Program-made: the position numbers and the translations under genes
DNA from: Selaginella moellendorffii
Taxonomy: Eukaryota > Plantae > Lycopodiophyta
Length of the DNA: 64,000 nt
Assembly: GCF_000143415.4 (NCBI RefSeq)
Contig: NW_003314342.1
Span: 457,569 to 521,568 of the forward strand
Direction of reading: 5' to 3'
Notes under the pieces: generated by a model
What the model was told of the DNA's origin: nothing
Database searches by the model: none
What the model saw: the letters and a program-made list of their open reading frames with translations, nothing else
In this document: positions 1 to 21,392 of the stretch, piece after piece
How positions within the stretch are numbered: the first letter of the stretch is position 1
How the letters are laid out: each line of letters opens with the position of its first letter

Positions 1-84
1 ACCAAGAAACAAGCAAGAGTATATAGAGGGAGTGGCCAATCGACAAAACAGAGGATATTCTCGAGAATTCTAGGTGCGTTGGGC

Positions 85-1273
85 ATGGCGGGGACATTGC
101 CTTTGCCGCATTTTCCAAATTCTCCGGCACTTGGTGGAGCTTCTACGAGGTAGAGAATGGCATTTTGTTCCTAACAGACTATAAGAGCCCAAAGTTGATT
201 TACAGGCTATGCTGCCAAAGGAGGGATAGTGTTTCCAGATCCTCCATTGATACTCCTGCCAATGCCAGACTTCTCACTGGGTGTAGAGATTCTTTCAATC
301 AGCAGCCAAATTTCTATCTTGTCCGCGAAGCACGGTCCGATGAAGATTTCTGGGTAAGTGTTTCTTGGAGCAGCCTATGTCTAAGTTTTTTCCTTCTTTG
401 TTTTAAACATTTCCAGACAGCTTCCTGGCTGCGTTCTGAATGCTACTTTGAAGATCAAGGCTCTGATCGGTACACTACATTTCAAAAGAAAGAAAAAACA
501 CCAAATGTTCTCTTTGCTTTTTTTTTTTTTTTCCGCTGTGGCAGCTTCGTCCAAAGCTACAAAAAGAAATTCTCCGAACAGGTGATATAGTTTATAGCCA
601 TTGTTTCTTGAAGCTTTTGTGGCAGGAGTTCATAACTTTGAAGCGACGCTGCGCTGGAAGATATGGTAACTGCTTACGATGCACCTGCTTGTTAGCGGTA
701 AACTCTAGAGCTCTTTCGTTCTAGCCTGTATGTAAGTATCCTCTCATGCCAGGTCCTTAACGATGGATCATCCCTGCTCAATCGGGTCATTGGAACAACG
801 GACTTAAGCTTGCGTCAAGCTTTGCCAACAGCACAGCCCAGAGTACTGGATCCGTTCTTCTCCTATGTGTGTGATTCCTTGTTTGTTCCCAGGATGACTC
901 GAGGACTCTTGGCATTCAAACCCAGCCTTATGGCTACATTGCAAACGTATGCGTGTCGAGAAGCCATCGGAGAAGAGGAGTTGCCTCCAGTTTGCTTGAA
1001 TCCGCTGTGCAAGTAGCCAAGTTTTGGGGTTGGATCCTTTCTTTCCTCCTGCTACCTCATAATTCTTCTTCTCGTTCATCTTTCAGGATTGAAAAGAGTG
1101 TATGTTCATGTCGATTCTGGTAACAAAGCTGCAAGGCTGGTCTATCATCGCCAAGGATTTCAGGTAAATATTGGCTCTAGTTTTTCACTTCTTTTCCCAA
1201 ACTACAAACTTTCTAGCTTGTACAAGCGCGAAATCCCGATGATCACATCTTGCTGCTTAGCCTTGAGCTGTAA
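85..1273 (+). CDS. GNAT-family N-acetyltransferase (multi-exon, probably plastid-targeted)
   Basis: Exons read VREARSDEDFW / TASWLRSECYFEDQ / PYGYIANVCVSRSHRRRGVASSLLESAVQVAKFWG (acetyl-CoA motif A, RxxGxA) / LKRVYVHVDSGNKAARLVYHRQGFQ, separated by short GT-AG introns. Start at 85 and stop at 1271-1273 inferred. Confidence 0.8.
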
Positions 1274-1506
1274 AACTTGAGGTAATACACATACCATAAA
1301 CTTGAGCTTTCTCTCTGCTCTAACATTGTTTTTCAGTCCAGTAATGTCACATCCAGTCCATCCATTCGAGATCATCTCGCGGCTGCAATGCCTCCACGTA
1401 GTCGTAGGAATGAAATAGGGCGCGGATGTAAATTTCTCGCGTGGAGAAGCTCGCGTTTTCGTCAGATCCGATCTGAAGAGTTTCCAGCAGCTCCAAAAAA
1501 TTCCGG

Positions 1507-2775
1507 ATGGTTGTTTGCAAATGCCGAGCGGTAAGCTTTTGATCCTTCTCTCTTTTGATTCTTTGTAGCTAAGATTTATAGATGCTTGATCGATTTGATC
1601 GCTTTGGTTCGTTTCAGTCGACCAGGCTCTATTGTTTCGTCCACAAAGTTCCAGTGTGCTCTCAATGCATTTGCTTCCAGCAACATCAGCTATGCGTTGT
1701 AAGTTTCTAGCTTTTTTTCTTCGCAAGAACGAGCAACAAAACAATTTTTTTTCTCGTCGAAGGTCCGAACTTACGCGGAATGGGTTGTGGATGGAGATTA
1801 TGATTGGCCTCCTCAGTGTAGTCTCTGCCAGCAATCGCTACTCGGTGCCGAGGGAGACGTGATTCGTCTCGGTTGCTTGCGTAAGACTTCTCTTTTTTTC
1901 TACGATCGTATCGCTCTGATGCTCTTCTTCTTTCGCAGATCTGCTGCACGGAGCTTGCCTGGAAACGCTCTTGACGAGTGGCGACTTGCATGGTTCTTCG
2001 CCGCATGCGTGCCCGTCCTGTTCATCTGTGGTACGCCGAAAGTTAGTCACAGATCTTCGAAATAAAACGTACCTCTTTTCTGAAAGGTATGGCCTCCGAA
2101 GAACTTCAGAGATCTTGGCACTGGCCTCCCTCTCGTTCTAAAGCAGGCAATCTCTCAGGTGCGTTTCTTTTTTTCCTTTCTGTAGTCGTATCTGTCGATG
2201 TTGCTTTCCTGTCAGACTAGTGGCGATGGTACTGAAAGCTTTCCCAAAGAAACTCGTGATCTTTCCCCGGAAACCAGCTCTTCGGAAACAGTGCTCCTCA
2301 GCGAAGCACCAAACCTCTCGTCCAGCGTTGTCGACATGAGAACCAGCCAGGAATTCGAGCACCCGGTAAGTTTTTCCTGTTCATTTCCCTGTGTTCTTCA
2401 AGTTTTCATGCCAGCCGAGCTCTGTACGCGACGAGAACGAGTGGAAGTATCGCCGCCGAGGTAACGAAACTTTCTACACTTTTCCACGTCCATTTCACTT
2501 GTCACGATCTCTGGAGCCGCGTGTGTAGGTCCAATGCACAGACAAGTGGCGAGGCACCTGCTTCCTCTCTGGGCCTCTTCTCGAGCAGCAACAACACTGC
2601 CTTTGACCACTGCCGAGGACTGTCGTCGAGCTTCCAAGGCCAGTACCAGCAAGATTCTCCTGTTTGTCGCAATCATGTAAGGAACTGGACCGCCTTGTTA
2701 TGGAATGCTCATTAGAATCTTTACAGGTCCTGTATAGCAACAGTGGTCATGTTATACCAAAGAATCCAGCGATGA
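1507..2775 (+). CDS. ZFPL1: Zinc finger protein-like 1 (ZFPL1) homolog: zinc-binding N-terminus, RING/PHD-like finger, C-terminal TM anchor
   Basis: Spliced product MVVCKCRA-STRLYCFVHKVPVCSQCICFQQHQLCV-VRTYAEWVVDGDYDWPPQCSLCQ...IRLGCL-HLLHGACL...CPSCSSV-VWPP... ending KILLFVAIM-SCIATVVMLYQRIQR*. Confidence 0.85.
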
Positions 2776-2901
2776 AAGGATAGAAACAAACTGATGCTAG
2801 ACACACCGAGCTTGTGTAGACGATTCTCTTCTTAGAAAGAAAAGTCACTCAAAATCATTAGAACGTGGAAAAAGTAACAGTTAGCAGCTAAGAAAACCTT
2901 C

Positions 2902-3763
2902 TCAAATGTTGTTCTCGGCTGGATCCGCTGCTCCATTCTCACCACCTGGAAGATCGGCAAGTCAGACGTCTAGAAACATGACTGCTAGTTGGCAATTTCC
3001 TGGGAAAAGAAGAGAAAAGATCGGATTTACCTTCTCCATCCGAAGCACCATAGGCAGCTTTTCTGGAAGGGAGAGGCTGGTGGGGAGTAGGCTGAGAAGA
3101 AAAAAAAAAAAAACAGAGGCACTGTAAGCACGAGCAACATTCCCGGGACGAATGCAAGGAATTTGCCTGCAGTTTTGGACGAAGGGATTCGATCAAACTC
3201 TTTGGCTTCTGACCGACCGGTCCACCTTGCTGTTAAACTCGCGATTAAGAAAGAGAAAAAAGAAAAAGAAAAAGAGAAGCATGAATGCACCGCACCTTTC
3301 CAAGAGCCCAGTCCGCGGAATCGAAGAACGCTCGCTCGTGATCCTGTAGAGAAATGGGCAGCATTTTAGAAGAGAAGGAGAAGGAAATTCTCTTCTTCGT
3401 TTTCTTCCTTGCTTCAAGCTTTCTAGCTAAAGATCTCCTAGTTTTCTAGCAAGAAATCCTCTAGGGGGAGAAACAAACCATAGAACTCACCTTGGAAATG
3501 AGGGGTGGCTTCTTTGGTCTCAATCCGCCATATTTCCTCTTCACTGCGGCTTCCTATAGCAACAAATCCAAAGAGATCTCTCAATTCCCGGACAAGGACG
3601 ATTAGAATCAAGCAATCAAAGAGACCTCCTCTTCCGGCGATGGCATTCGCTGCTCCTCGGCCGCGTGGCTCACAGCTGCCGCGTCTTCATCCTCTCCCGG
3701 CGATGGCCGCTGGCGCTGGCGCTGCTCTTCCTCGTCGCCGGGATTGCTGCTCTTGGCATCCAT
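2902..3763 (-). CDS. Endosulfine / ARPP-19 family protein (Greatwall substrate, PP2A-B55 inhibitor family)
   Basis: Exons MDAKSSNPGDEEE...MPSPEEE / EAAVKRKYGGLRPKKPPLISK / DHERAFFDSADWALGK (FDSADW signature) / ...KPKSLIESLRPKLQ / PTPHQPLPSRKAAYGASDGE / GGENGAADPAENNI*. Not recovered as one ORF in the supplied track. Confidence 0.9.
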
Positions 3764-3906
3764 TTCGCGATTCCAACCGATCGGACCGGGCGACAACGCT
3801 GCGGCGCTCGACGCGATACTGCCAATCGACCTACCGTGACGCTGCAAATGCCCCAAGAATATCCCTGGCCAGTAGTAGAATATGCTGTTTACTTTGAAAA
3901 AGCTTT

Positions 3907-9323
<5,417 letters not shown>

Positions 9324-9477
9324 TGTGCTCGAGTCCTGGAAATGCAGGCCCGGATTGACGAATCCTCTCTATTTCCTCTAAGCATACCTGCTCTTCGCTC
9401 TCTTTCGCCATGGCGGAAATAACCTACACGAACACAAAAAAGGAAAAACCCTGATTCAATTCATACCCTTGAAAATT

Positions 9478-9549
9478 GGTCCCATAGTCTAGTGGTTACG
9501 ACATTGGACTTTGAATCCAAGAGCCCGAGTTCGAATCTCGGTGGGACCT
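9478..9549 (+). tRNA. tRNA-Gln (anticodon TTG)
   Basis: 72-nt GGTCCCA...TGGGACCT cloverleaf; D-stem GTC/GAC; anticodon stem TTGGA/TCCAA with loop CTTTGAA; T-arm CCGAG-TTCGAAT-CTCGG. Confidence 0.93.
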
Positions 9550-9745
9550 AATTAAATAACCATAATAAAGAGATTATGAATTATATATTAATTTTATGCA
9601 ATTATAGACTCATCAAATTCACTTAAAACAAATTCATCAACTTTGGTAATTGAGGCAAGAAGGTACAAATATAAAGTCAATAATATTTGGATTTTTGGCT
9701 TATCAATCAGTAATTTTTTGTTTAACAGCTTTAGCATTTATCATT

Positions 9746-10147
9746 ATGAGATATGCATGCATTCTTGCATTGATCATAGTTGTTAAAAAATTTGAGCTCT
9801 CTTTGTCAACAGATAATTATTCTAATCGAGTTTTAATTCACTGCTTTGATGACTTCCATGCTGTAACATCACATCAGGATTATAATAGATGTGGTAATGA
9901 AGTCTGGACCCAATTTGTTGGAAGTGGGTTTCGCTCTGGTCGTTACATGTCTCAATTTGGTATATTTACTATAATTTTAGAGATTGGGTTTTACCATACT
10001 TCTCTTAGTACTGATTTTAACCAAGCTTTATTAGACATTTGGGATATTTGTCTTGCTCACTTTGATCCAGGAGGTATTGTTACTCTTGAGGATGGGTCTA
10101 TGAGATTAACAATGAGATCTAGAAGACGATCCAATGCAAGTAATTAA
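9746..10147 (+). CDS. Orphan small secreted protein, paralog 1 (133 aa, intronless)
   Basis: ATG at 9746 opens a hydrophobic signal-peptide-like N-terminus (MRYACILALIIVV). Aligns without gaps to the ORF at 14859-15254 (79/131 identical by hand count) with mostly conservative changes. Confidence 0.75.
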   Translation: MRYACILALIIVVKKFELSLSTDNYSNRVLIHCFDDFHAVTSHQDYNRCGNEVWTQFVGSGFRSGRYMSQFGIFTIILEIGFYHTSLSTDFNQALLDIWDICLAHFDPGGIVTLEDGSMRLTMRSRRRSNASN

Positions 10148-12140
10148 TAAAGGAATGACTTCCACCATCTAATTCATCAACTAAGAGCTACATACATTAT
10201 ATGGTGTGTCGCATACCCGATTTTGGTGTTGAAAAGTAGTGGTTTTTTGCCACTAGAGATCTTGGCATGGAAAAGAAATATTGCTCTTATGAAAACATTA
10301 TGATGAGACATCAAGACAAACTAGCCACCTGGACAATAGAAGACTAAAAACCTCATGTATGAGTGGAATAAAGAATGGTGGCATGAGCTTAAAATTTAGG
10401 ATTGAACCTAGAATTGGTAAGATCCATTTGATGATTAACCAATATAGATGAATTAAGTATTAGAATAATGTTAGCTACTAGGACTCTAGGTGTGACATTA
10501 CTATGCAATAATCAACCCTATAGTTATTTGGATTTTCTGGGATATCATCATACCACTCATAGGTATGTAAGACTTTTGTTACTTACCTCTGCACTGGTTG
10601 CAAGTAGAGCATGAAAGGCACACTAAATGACACATCCCCACAAGTAACAACTTTGTTAGCAATTTGATTTTCACTAAATGGAGGATGTTTATCATACTCT
10701 ACCAAAATAGCATTTACAGGACCGAACCACCCTCCCATTATAAGCATGTATGCTAACCAAGGCTAGAGGGAGACTGACAGGGAACAAATGCATTCATTTA
10801 TAGAATTTTAGGTTTCTAGACATATAATATATGTATATATATATAATCCCTACATCCAATGCTAGGTAGTTAGCAAAACCCTCTCTAACTTGTTAACAAA
10901 CTAATCTATGATTTCATAATACAACTCAATTGCATCTCACAATCATCACTACTATATTTTGTTGATCCCTAGTTGCCTAAAGTAAAACAACATAGATTTT
11001 AGATAATCAAAATTCCTCAATGCAAAACACACAAAAGCACTTCACTCTAAGTTCTAACTTTTCTAATAGAGGCTACTTCTAAGTTACAGCTTGAGAACAC
11101 CTTTTGTGTGGAGGTGTAAATCTTAATTTTATGTAAGGAAAGAAGAAATAACTTCTTAAGCTAGCTCTTAAATGTATGTTCAAAGACAACCTTTATATGC
11201 ATGAAGAGTTGAACGTATGTTCAAAGGCAACCTCTTGTGCATGAATGAAACAAGGAAAAAATACAACTTTTTGATTGTCAAACTTAAGAGAGCTAAGAGT
11301 TGAAAGCTTTTCCTATTTCTCCTTATTAGTATAAAATATTTAAAGTGCTAATAAAGTATAGCATTGTCAACAACCAAAAAGAACAACTTAAGAAATGCTT
11401 TATTAAAGTGTAAATAATAAAGGGAAAGTGTATATGAACAAGAATTTTGGGCTATTAAAGTGAAAATTATTCAACTTAGTAGTGACCTACATTAGTTTTT
11501 GAGTTTACAAATACACTTATTGCAAAATAAAATTAAATAGTACAATTATACAGTTCAGTAATACACTTTAAAGTGATCATTATTTATAAATTTAGACTTG
11601 TATAAATTAAGTTTTAAGTCATGTATAAATTAAGTTTTCATATAAATAAGCTTAAATCACATGTCCTCCAAGGATTACATTTCTAGGTATTTTTAAAGTT
11701 CAATAACAAGTTGGATAACAGTGTTTTACAGTTACTGTTATCGGAACAGTTTTTTATTTAACATTTATTAACTTGTGATTGTGTATTTATAATTTTGAAA
11801 AATAAAAATATGTAAATATTAACCCTTAAAAAATTTAACCTTTAAACTATAAATTTATAAATATATCACTAGAATAAAAAAAAAAATTTAAGCTTACTAC
11901 ATCTGCCTCACATTTCCTATAAGCTATTTCTAAACCCTAAATCCCTAACTTTTATTTTATTGAGGAAATTTCTAAGTAATTATTTCATAGCTTTCCCCAA
12001 TATATAGTAGTACATTTGTAGAAGATAATTTATATGTATGATTAAAATTAATGGTATATACTTATTATAAAATGGAAGATTTCGGTCAATAAAAGGTAGA
12101 AAGTAACACTGGCACATCATTTATAGCTTGTTGCTAAATT

Positions 12141-14636
12141 TCACACATTCAATGTATTTGACAAGATCATATAATTTGCTGCATTATCCTCAAAGTTGAG
12201 CAACTCTATAAATGCTCTTTGTGCTATATCCACATTCTTCCACTTCTTACAAGCATCCATCACTAAGATCCAAGTCACAGCGTCGGCCTTACATGGCATT
12301 GCTTGTAGCATCTCCACAGCCTGGCCAACTTTGTTGGCTCTACAAAGCATGTCCGCCATGCAGTGATAGTGCTCGACGCTGGGAACTATTCCAAACTTCG
12401 AGGAGCTCATCCAGCTAAAAATCTCCCGTCCCTTATCCACGAGACCGGCATGACTACAAGCAGTAAGAATCGACAGGAATGTTATGGAATCCGGCTTAAA
12501 CCCCTCGTTCAGCATCTTGTCAAAGAGATCAAACACCGTTTTGGAGGTCCCTTGGAGGCTGTAGCCTGCTATCAGCGCGGTCCAAGTTGAAACTTTGATT
12601 TCCTTGATGGAGCAAAAGATCTGCTCGGCTTCTACCATGGTTCCACACTTGACGTAAAAATCCACGAGCTGAGTCGCGATGGCTGGATCGTCCTCGAGGC
12701 CACACTGGCAAACTTCCGCGTGGAGTGCTTTCCCTGTCCTTAGCTCTCCAGTGTTCTTGGAAGCCTTTAGACCCGTGAGAAACGTCCACGAGCTCCGTGC
12801 CAAGCAACCCCCGGATCTCATTTGAGCAATCAGCTCCAAGGCTTTGCCTCCCTGCTCATTTTCGCAGTAGCCGGAGATTAATCCCATCCAGAGCACTGGA
12901 CTGCGAACTCCGCATCGATCAAAAGCTCGTTGTGAGTCGGCCATGCTTCCACATCTTGCGTAAATCTCCACCAGGCTGCTCGCAAAGTAGGCATTCTCGC
13001 AGTCATGACGCTTCTCAGCAGCTCGAGAGTGAAGAGCCATCGCCATTTCCAGTGACTTCATCCTTACTTTGATCTCTGGACCATCACCACCTTTTAAGAC
13101 CTTTGCGTCTTCGTCCATTGCGAGAGCCGCGCACGCCTTGACTGCTGCAGAGAACGTCCACGAATCCGGGATGCAAGACGCTTCGGACTGGACCATCAGG
13201 AGCTCAAACAGTTGGAGCGCCAGTCTACCGCCGCCAGGAGTTTCTGCATAGCCACTGATCAACGAATTCCACTGGAAAATGCTATGGAGCTTTGTGCTGT
13301 CGAAGATCCATCGAGCCATCTCAATACAGCCACACTTTGTATACGCATCGATCAAGCTGCTCGCCAAGTAAACACCCCATGAAGAACCAGAGCACTTTGC
13401 GTGAGAGTGAATGACCATCGTCTTCTCCAGAGAGCCAAGCTTCACGAGTCGAGCATCGTCCTCAGTTTTGGTTGCTTCTTCTCTCGCCGCAAGACCGCTG
13501 CAAGCCTTCAGTGCCGCGACGTAAGTGTAAGAGTTCGCTCGAAAGCCTTCCAAGAGCATGGAGGAGAAAAACTCCAAGGCTAAGTCACACTGCCCGTTCT
13601 CGGCATAGCCATTCACCAAAGCCGTCCAAGAAACCAAGCTGTGCTGCGATACCCCATCGAAGCATCGCCGAGCATCAGTCACGAGTCCACAGCTCGCGTA
13701 CATGTCGATCAAACAGGCCTGGAGGAAAGGATCCAAGTTGAGATTCGCTTGTAGAGCCTGCGAATGGATAGCCATGCCATTCTCGAGCGACACGACTTTG
13801 AGTGAGAATCCATCCAGCTTGAGAAACTCCTCCTCTGCAGCGCGTCTACTACAGGCCTTGAGTGCCGAGACAAAGGATCGAGCGTCTGGCGAGCAGCATT
13901 CCCTGTTCATGGAGCCGATTTTCATGGCTTCAAACAGCTCCAGAGCTCGATTATACTGTCCATTCTCCACATATCCCTGTATCATGGAGTTCCACGCCAC
14001 CACATTAAGCTTGGAGCAAATCTGGTCGCTTGCAAAGATGTTATCGGCACCTCTCATGTCGCCACACTTCGCGTACATGTCGATCAAGCTGCTCACAACA
14101 TAGTTCTCACATAAAAACCGGCTCTTGAGTGCGTGAGAATGGACAGCCATACCTTTCTCCAGAGACACCACTTTGATATTCGCGGAAAACCTGGATGATT
14201 CATCGTGAATTTCCTCCTCCAGCGCAAGACTGGCACAAGCTTTCAGTGCTGCGACGTAAGTTCGAGCATCTGGAACAAACCCTTCAGAGATCATCGCCAC
14301 AAACATCTCCAAGGAGGAATTGCCCTCTCCGTTTCGAGCATACGCAAGCATTACAATGTTCCAAGACACGAGGTCTCGTGTTCTTGCCATGGAAAACACC
14401 CGGTTGGCATCAAACAGGGATCCACACTTCACGTACATATCAAGGAGGGCATTCTGCACGAAAATGGACTGGAAATGGTCGTTGTTGAGCTGCGAGTGTA
14501 TTGCCATACCTCTTTCCAGCATCCGGGCTTTTGCTCCATCTCGAGCTGCGAGGCTGCTACAGGATTTAAGAGCAGCGACCAGACTCCATGAATTACTAAC
14601 TAGAACTTTCTCGCTCTCTCCGTTCTTGAATTCCAT
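12141..14636 (-). CDS. PLS-class pentatricopeptide repeat protein with E-type C-terminus, no DYW (831 aa, intronless)
   Basis: Recurrent P-L-S triplets (NALLDMYVKCGSLFDANRVF / DLVSWNIVMLAYARNG / PDARTYVAALKAC) and terminal PDSITFLSILTACSHAGLVDKG...EHYHCMADMLCRA...MPCKADAVTW...AANYMILSN. Confidence 0.95.
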   Translation of the reverse strand: MEFKNGESEKVLVSNSWSLVAALKSCSSLAARDGAKARMLERGMAIHSQLNNDHFQSIFVQNALLDMYVKCGSLFDANRVFSMARTRDLVSWNIVMLAYARNGEGNSSLEMFVAMISEGFVPDARTYVAALKACASLALEEEIHDESSRFSANIKVVSLEKGMAVHSHALKSRFLCENYVVSSLIDMYAKCGDMRGADNIFASDQICSKLNVVAWNSMIQGYVENGQYNRALELFEAMKIGSMNRECCSPDARSFVSALKACSRRAAEEEFLKLDGFSLKVVSLENGMAIHSQALQANLNLDPFLQACLIDMYASCGLVTDARRCFDGVSQHSLVSWTALVNGYAENGQCDLALEFFSSMLLEGFRANSYTYVAALKACSGLAAREEATKTEDDARLVKLGSLEKTMVIHSHAKCSGSSWGVYLASSLIDAYTKCGCIEMARWIFDSTKLHSIFQWNSLISGYAETPGGGRLALQLFELLMVQSEASCIPDSWTFSAAVKACAALAMDEDAKVLKGGDGPEIKVRMKSLEMAMALHSRAAEKRHDCENAYFASSLVEIYARCGSMADSQRAFDRCGVRSPVLWMGLISGYCENEQGGKALELIAQMRSGGCLARSSWTFLTGLKASKNTGELRTGKALHAEVCQCGLEDDPAIATQLVDFYVKCGTMVEAEQIFCSIKEIKVSTWTALIAGYSLQGTSKTVFDLFDKMLNEGFKPDSITFLSILTACSHAGLVDKGREIFSWMSSSKFGIVPSVEHYHCMADMLCRANKVGQAVEMLQAMPCKADAVTWILVMDACKKWKNVDIAQRAFIELLNFEDNAANYMILSNTLNV

Positions 14637-14858
14637 GCCCTATTCCATTTCTCACTATCTTGTTAATGTTTGAAAAAAATGCTGATTCAGAATAATTATC
14701 TGCAATAATTTTTTAGCAAAAAAGATATGAAGGTGCCAGGCAGAGAAACAAGCGGCTAGTGGATTTATACAATCACTATTGTTTTTATTGAATATGACAA
14801 ATGATATTATTGTTTTGTTATAAATGTTTGTGTGAGAATTGCTATAGTATATATCAAT

Positions 14859-15254
14859 ATGAGGTACATATACATTCTTACTTTGATCCTAGTTGTTACA
14901 AATATTGAGCTCTCTTCAGCACCGGACAGCTATTCTACTCATGTTTTAATTGACTGCTTTGATGAATTCCATGTTATAACACCTCAAGAGCATTATGCTA
15001 GATGTGGTGCTGAAGTCTGGACCCAATTTGCTAGAGGTGGGTATCACTCGGGCCGTTATATGGCTCAATTTGGTGTATTTACAGTAATTTTAGAGGTTGG
15101 ATTTTTCCATGACGCAATTGCTACTGATTTTAGGCAAGCTTTATCTGATATCTGGAATGAATGTCTTGCTCACCATGAGGCCGGAGGTATGGTTAGTGTT
15201 GAGGACGGGTCTATGAGATTAATAATGACTTATAGAAGACGCCCAAACTATTAA
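14859..15254 (+). CDS. Orphan small secreted protein, paralog 2 (131 aa, intronless)
   Basis: MRYIYILTLILVV signal-like start; shares three Cys, EVWTQF, SGRYMxQFG, DIWxxCLAH, EDGSMRL and RRR with paralog 1. Confidence 0.75.
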   Translation: MRYIYILTLILVVTNIELSSAPDSYSTHVLIDCFDEFHVITPQEHYARCGAEVWTQFARGGYHSGRYMAQFGVFTVILEVGFFHDAIATDFRQALSDIWNECLAHHEAGGMVSVEDGSMRLIMTYRRRPNY

Positions 15255-15327
15255 CCTTCTAAAAATTAAGTTAGCTTCTAATTATTTGCATGATAGCTTG
15301 ACAATTTGATCATGCCCATTTGAAATG

Positions 15328-16868
15328 CTAATTGTTCAGAATTCTTGCAAAACTTTCACCAATGCTGTGCTTTGCACTACTTGAAACTGGTGGATCTCCA
15401 ATGTAGAGATCAAAGAATGCTCCTGTCAAGAACGTGTATGGACAAGTTTAACAAAATGGAAAGGGTCTTACTGCATAAGTTCTCGCTGAAGATAGTTCCT
15501 ACACGACGACCATCAACTACAGTTTGTAATCTTCCCCCTGGTTGCCAGTGAATATCAATCACAGTCCCCTATGAAACCCACAGAATGTAAGAAGAGCCAT
15601 TCATCTCGAAACTGTATACCTTGTGGATTTTGAGATCCCCGGAGAGGTAAGAACAGAAGATCTGGAGCCCCTCGTCATCTTCAGCTCCTTTGATCTGATT
15701 CACGTATTATTGAGCTTTGTCATGAAACGGGAAAGCAAACATGAAATTACCTTTCTTAAGCGATTTCTCAAGGAGACTTGGAAAGCACTAGAAAAAAAAT
15801 CGCGAGTTATGTGGAACCCGAAGAAAAACGACGCACCTTCTCACTAAATCCACAGTCAGGCCTTTGTAGAGAACCACCATTCGCACTGTTAAGCTCACTT
15901 CATGCCTAAAAACATCTGTCAATAAAAGCGGCTTCAAAAGATGAAGCGAATCCCTCACCTGAGAAGATCATCGTAGAACTCGGACCGAAACTTGAGATCA
16001 CTAGGAGATACTCCAGCATACTTTTCTCCAAGCTGCGCACGCAGTGATTCAGGATGCACATCTGCTTACTCGAGAAAAACTTCAAAACGAGACCTTTAAA
16101 ACAAAGCAGACAGCTTACACATGCCAAACGCGTAGAGATTTATCGACTTTATCTTCATCAGTTGTCTGCACCGCACTCCAACCCCGCCAAGCACCTGCAT
16201 GATCAAACGTAAGATGCCGGGAATTCTCTCGAGACGACTGAAGTCACGGCAATCGACGTAAGAAATCACAGACTTACCTACAAAATGCTAACCTGAGAGA
16301 GTTGTAAGCCGTTTCCTTCGAGACCAAGTAGATGGAGCGGGAACTGAACACCGCTATGAGGTTCCACCACCGTCTTTGTAAGATCGCTCGTCCAATCCTG
16401 GGAGGCAGTATCACTCTCCATCGTTATCTCTGTCACTGGAGCCTTGAGAGTAAGCGCAGCTTCGCAAGGTGGCCTGTGAGAGAAAACCAGCAACGAAAGA
16501 ATTAAAGAATAGAAGAGGTAAACTTACGGAACGATCAGAGGCGGCCAGATCGCTGCCGCAAGGATCAAAACAACCGGAGGAACACTGCTGCATTTCTTGT
16601 CCTCGGCACCCCACATTCTCGTCCACATCACTGAAGAAGCTCTGGAAAAGCTTTCCCCAACGCTGGGAATGCGAACTTGGCGGCATTTACCCCGCCTCTG
16701 CGTCCTATCACTCGAGGGCGTCGAGGAAGAGGCGCCATTGCTCTTGATCGACAGCAAAAGTCCTCCCAGGAGCGTCCCTACGATGGAATTGAGCGAGAAT
16801 ACCTGCGGCCGAGGAGGAATCGCTGCTCGCGCCGCCCAATCGCAGACCGCGGACCAGCCGGCATCCAT
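15328..16868 (-). CDS. Chalcone-isomerase-fold fatty-acid-binding protein (FAP2-like)
   Basis: Exons VVEPHSGVQFP / VLAGVGVRCRQLMKIKSINLYAFG / GTVIDIHWQPGGRLQTVVDGRRVGTIFSENLC / AFFDLYIGDPPVSSSAKHSIG; long N-terminal extension as in FAP2. Confidence 0.85.
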
Positions 16869-21291
<4,423 letters not shown>

Positions 21292-21392
21292 AAGAACACG
21301 GCCATTACGTACAGGGCTTACTTTTGTATAGCAAAAATTTTGGTACGGACTTTATAAGACGGGTATATTCTCTCTTTCCTTCTTCGTGTGCT

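Noticed and set aside
10200-12100. AT-rich spacer with a ~35-bp duplication (11174-11245) and telomere-like AAACCCTAAATCCCTAA (~11932)
   Set aside because: Probably decayed repeat sequence; I could not establish termini, a TSD or coding motifs.
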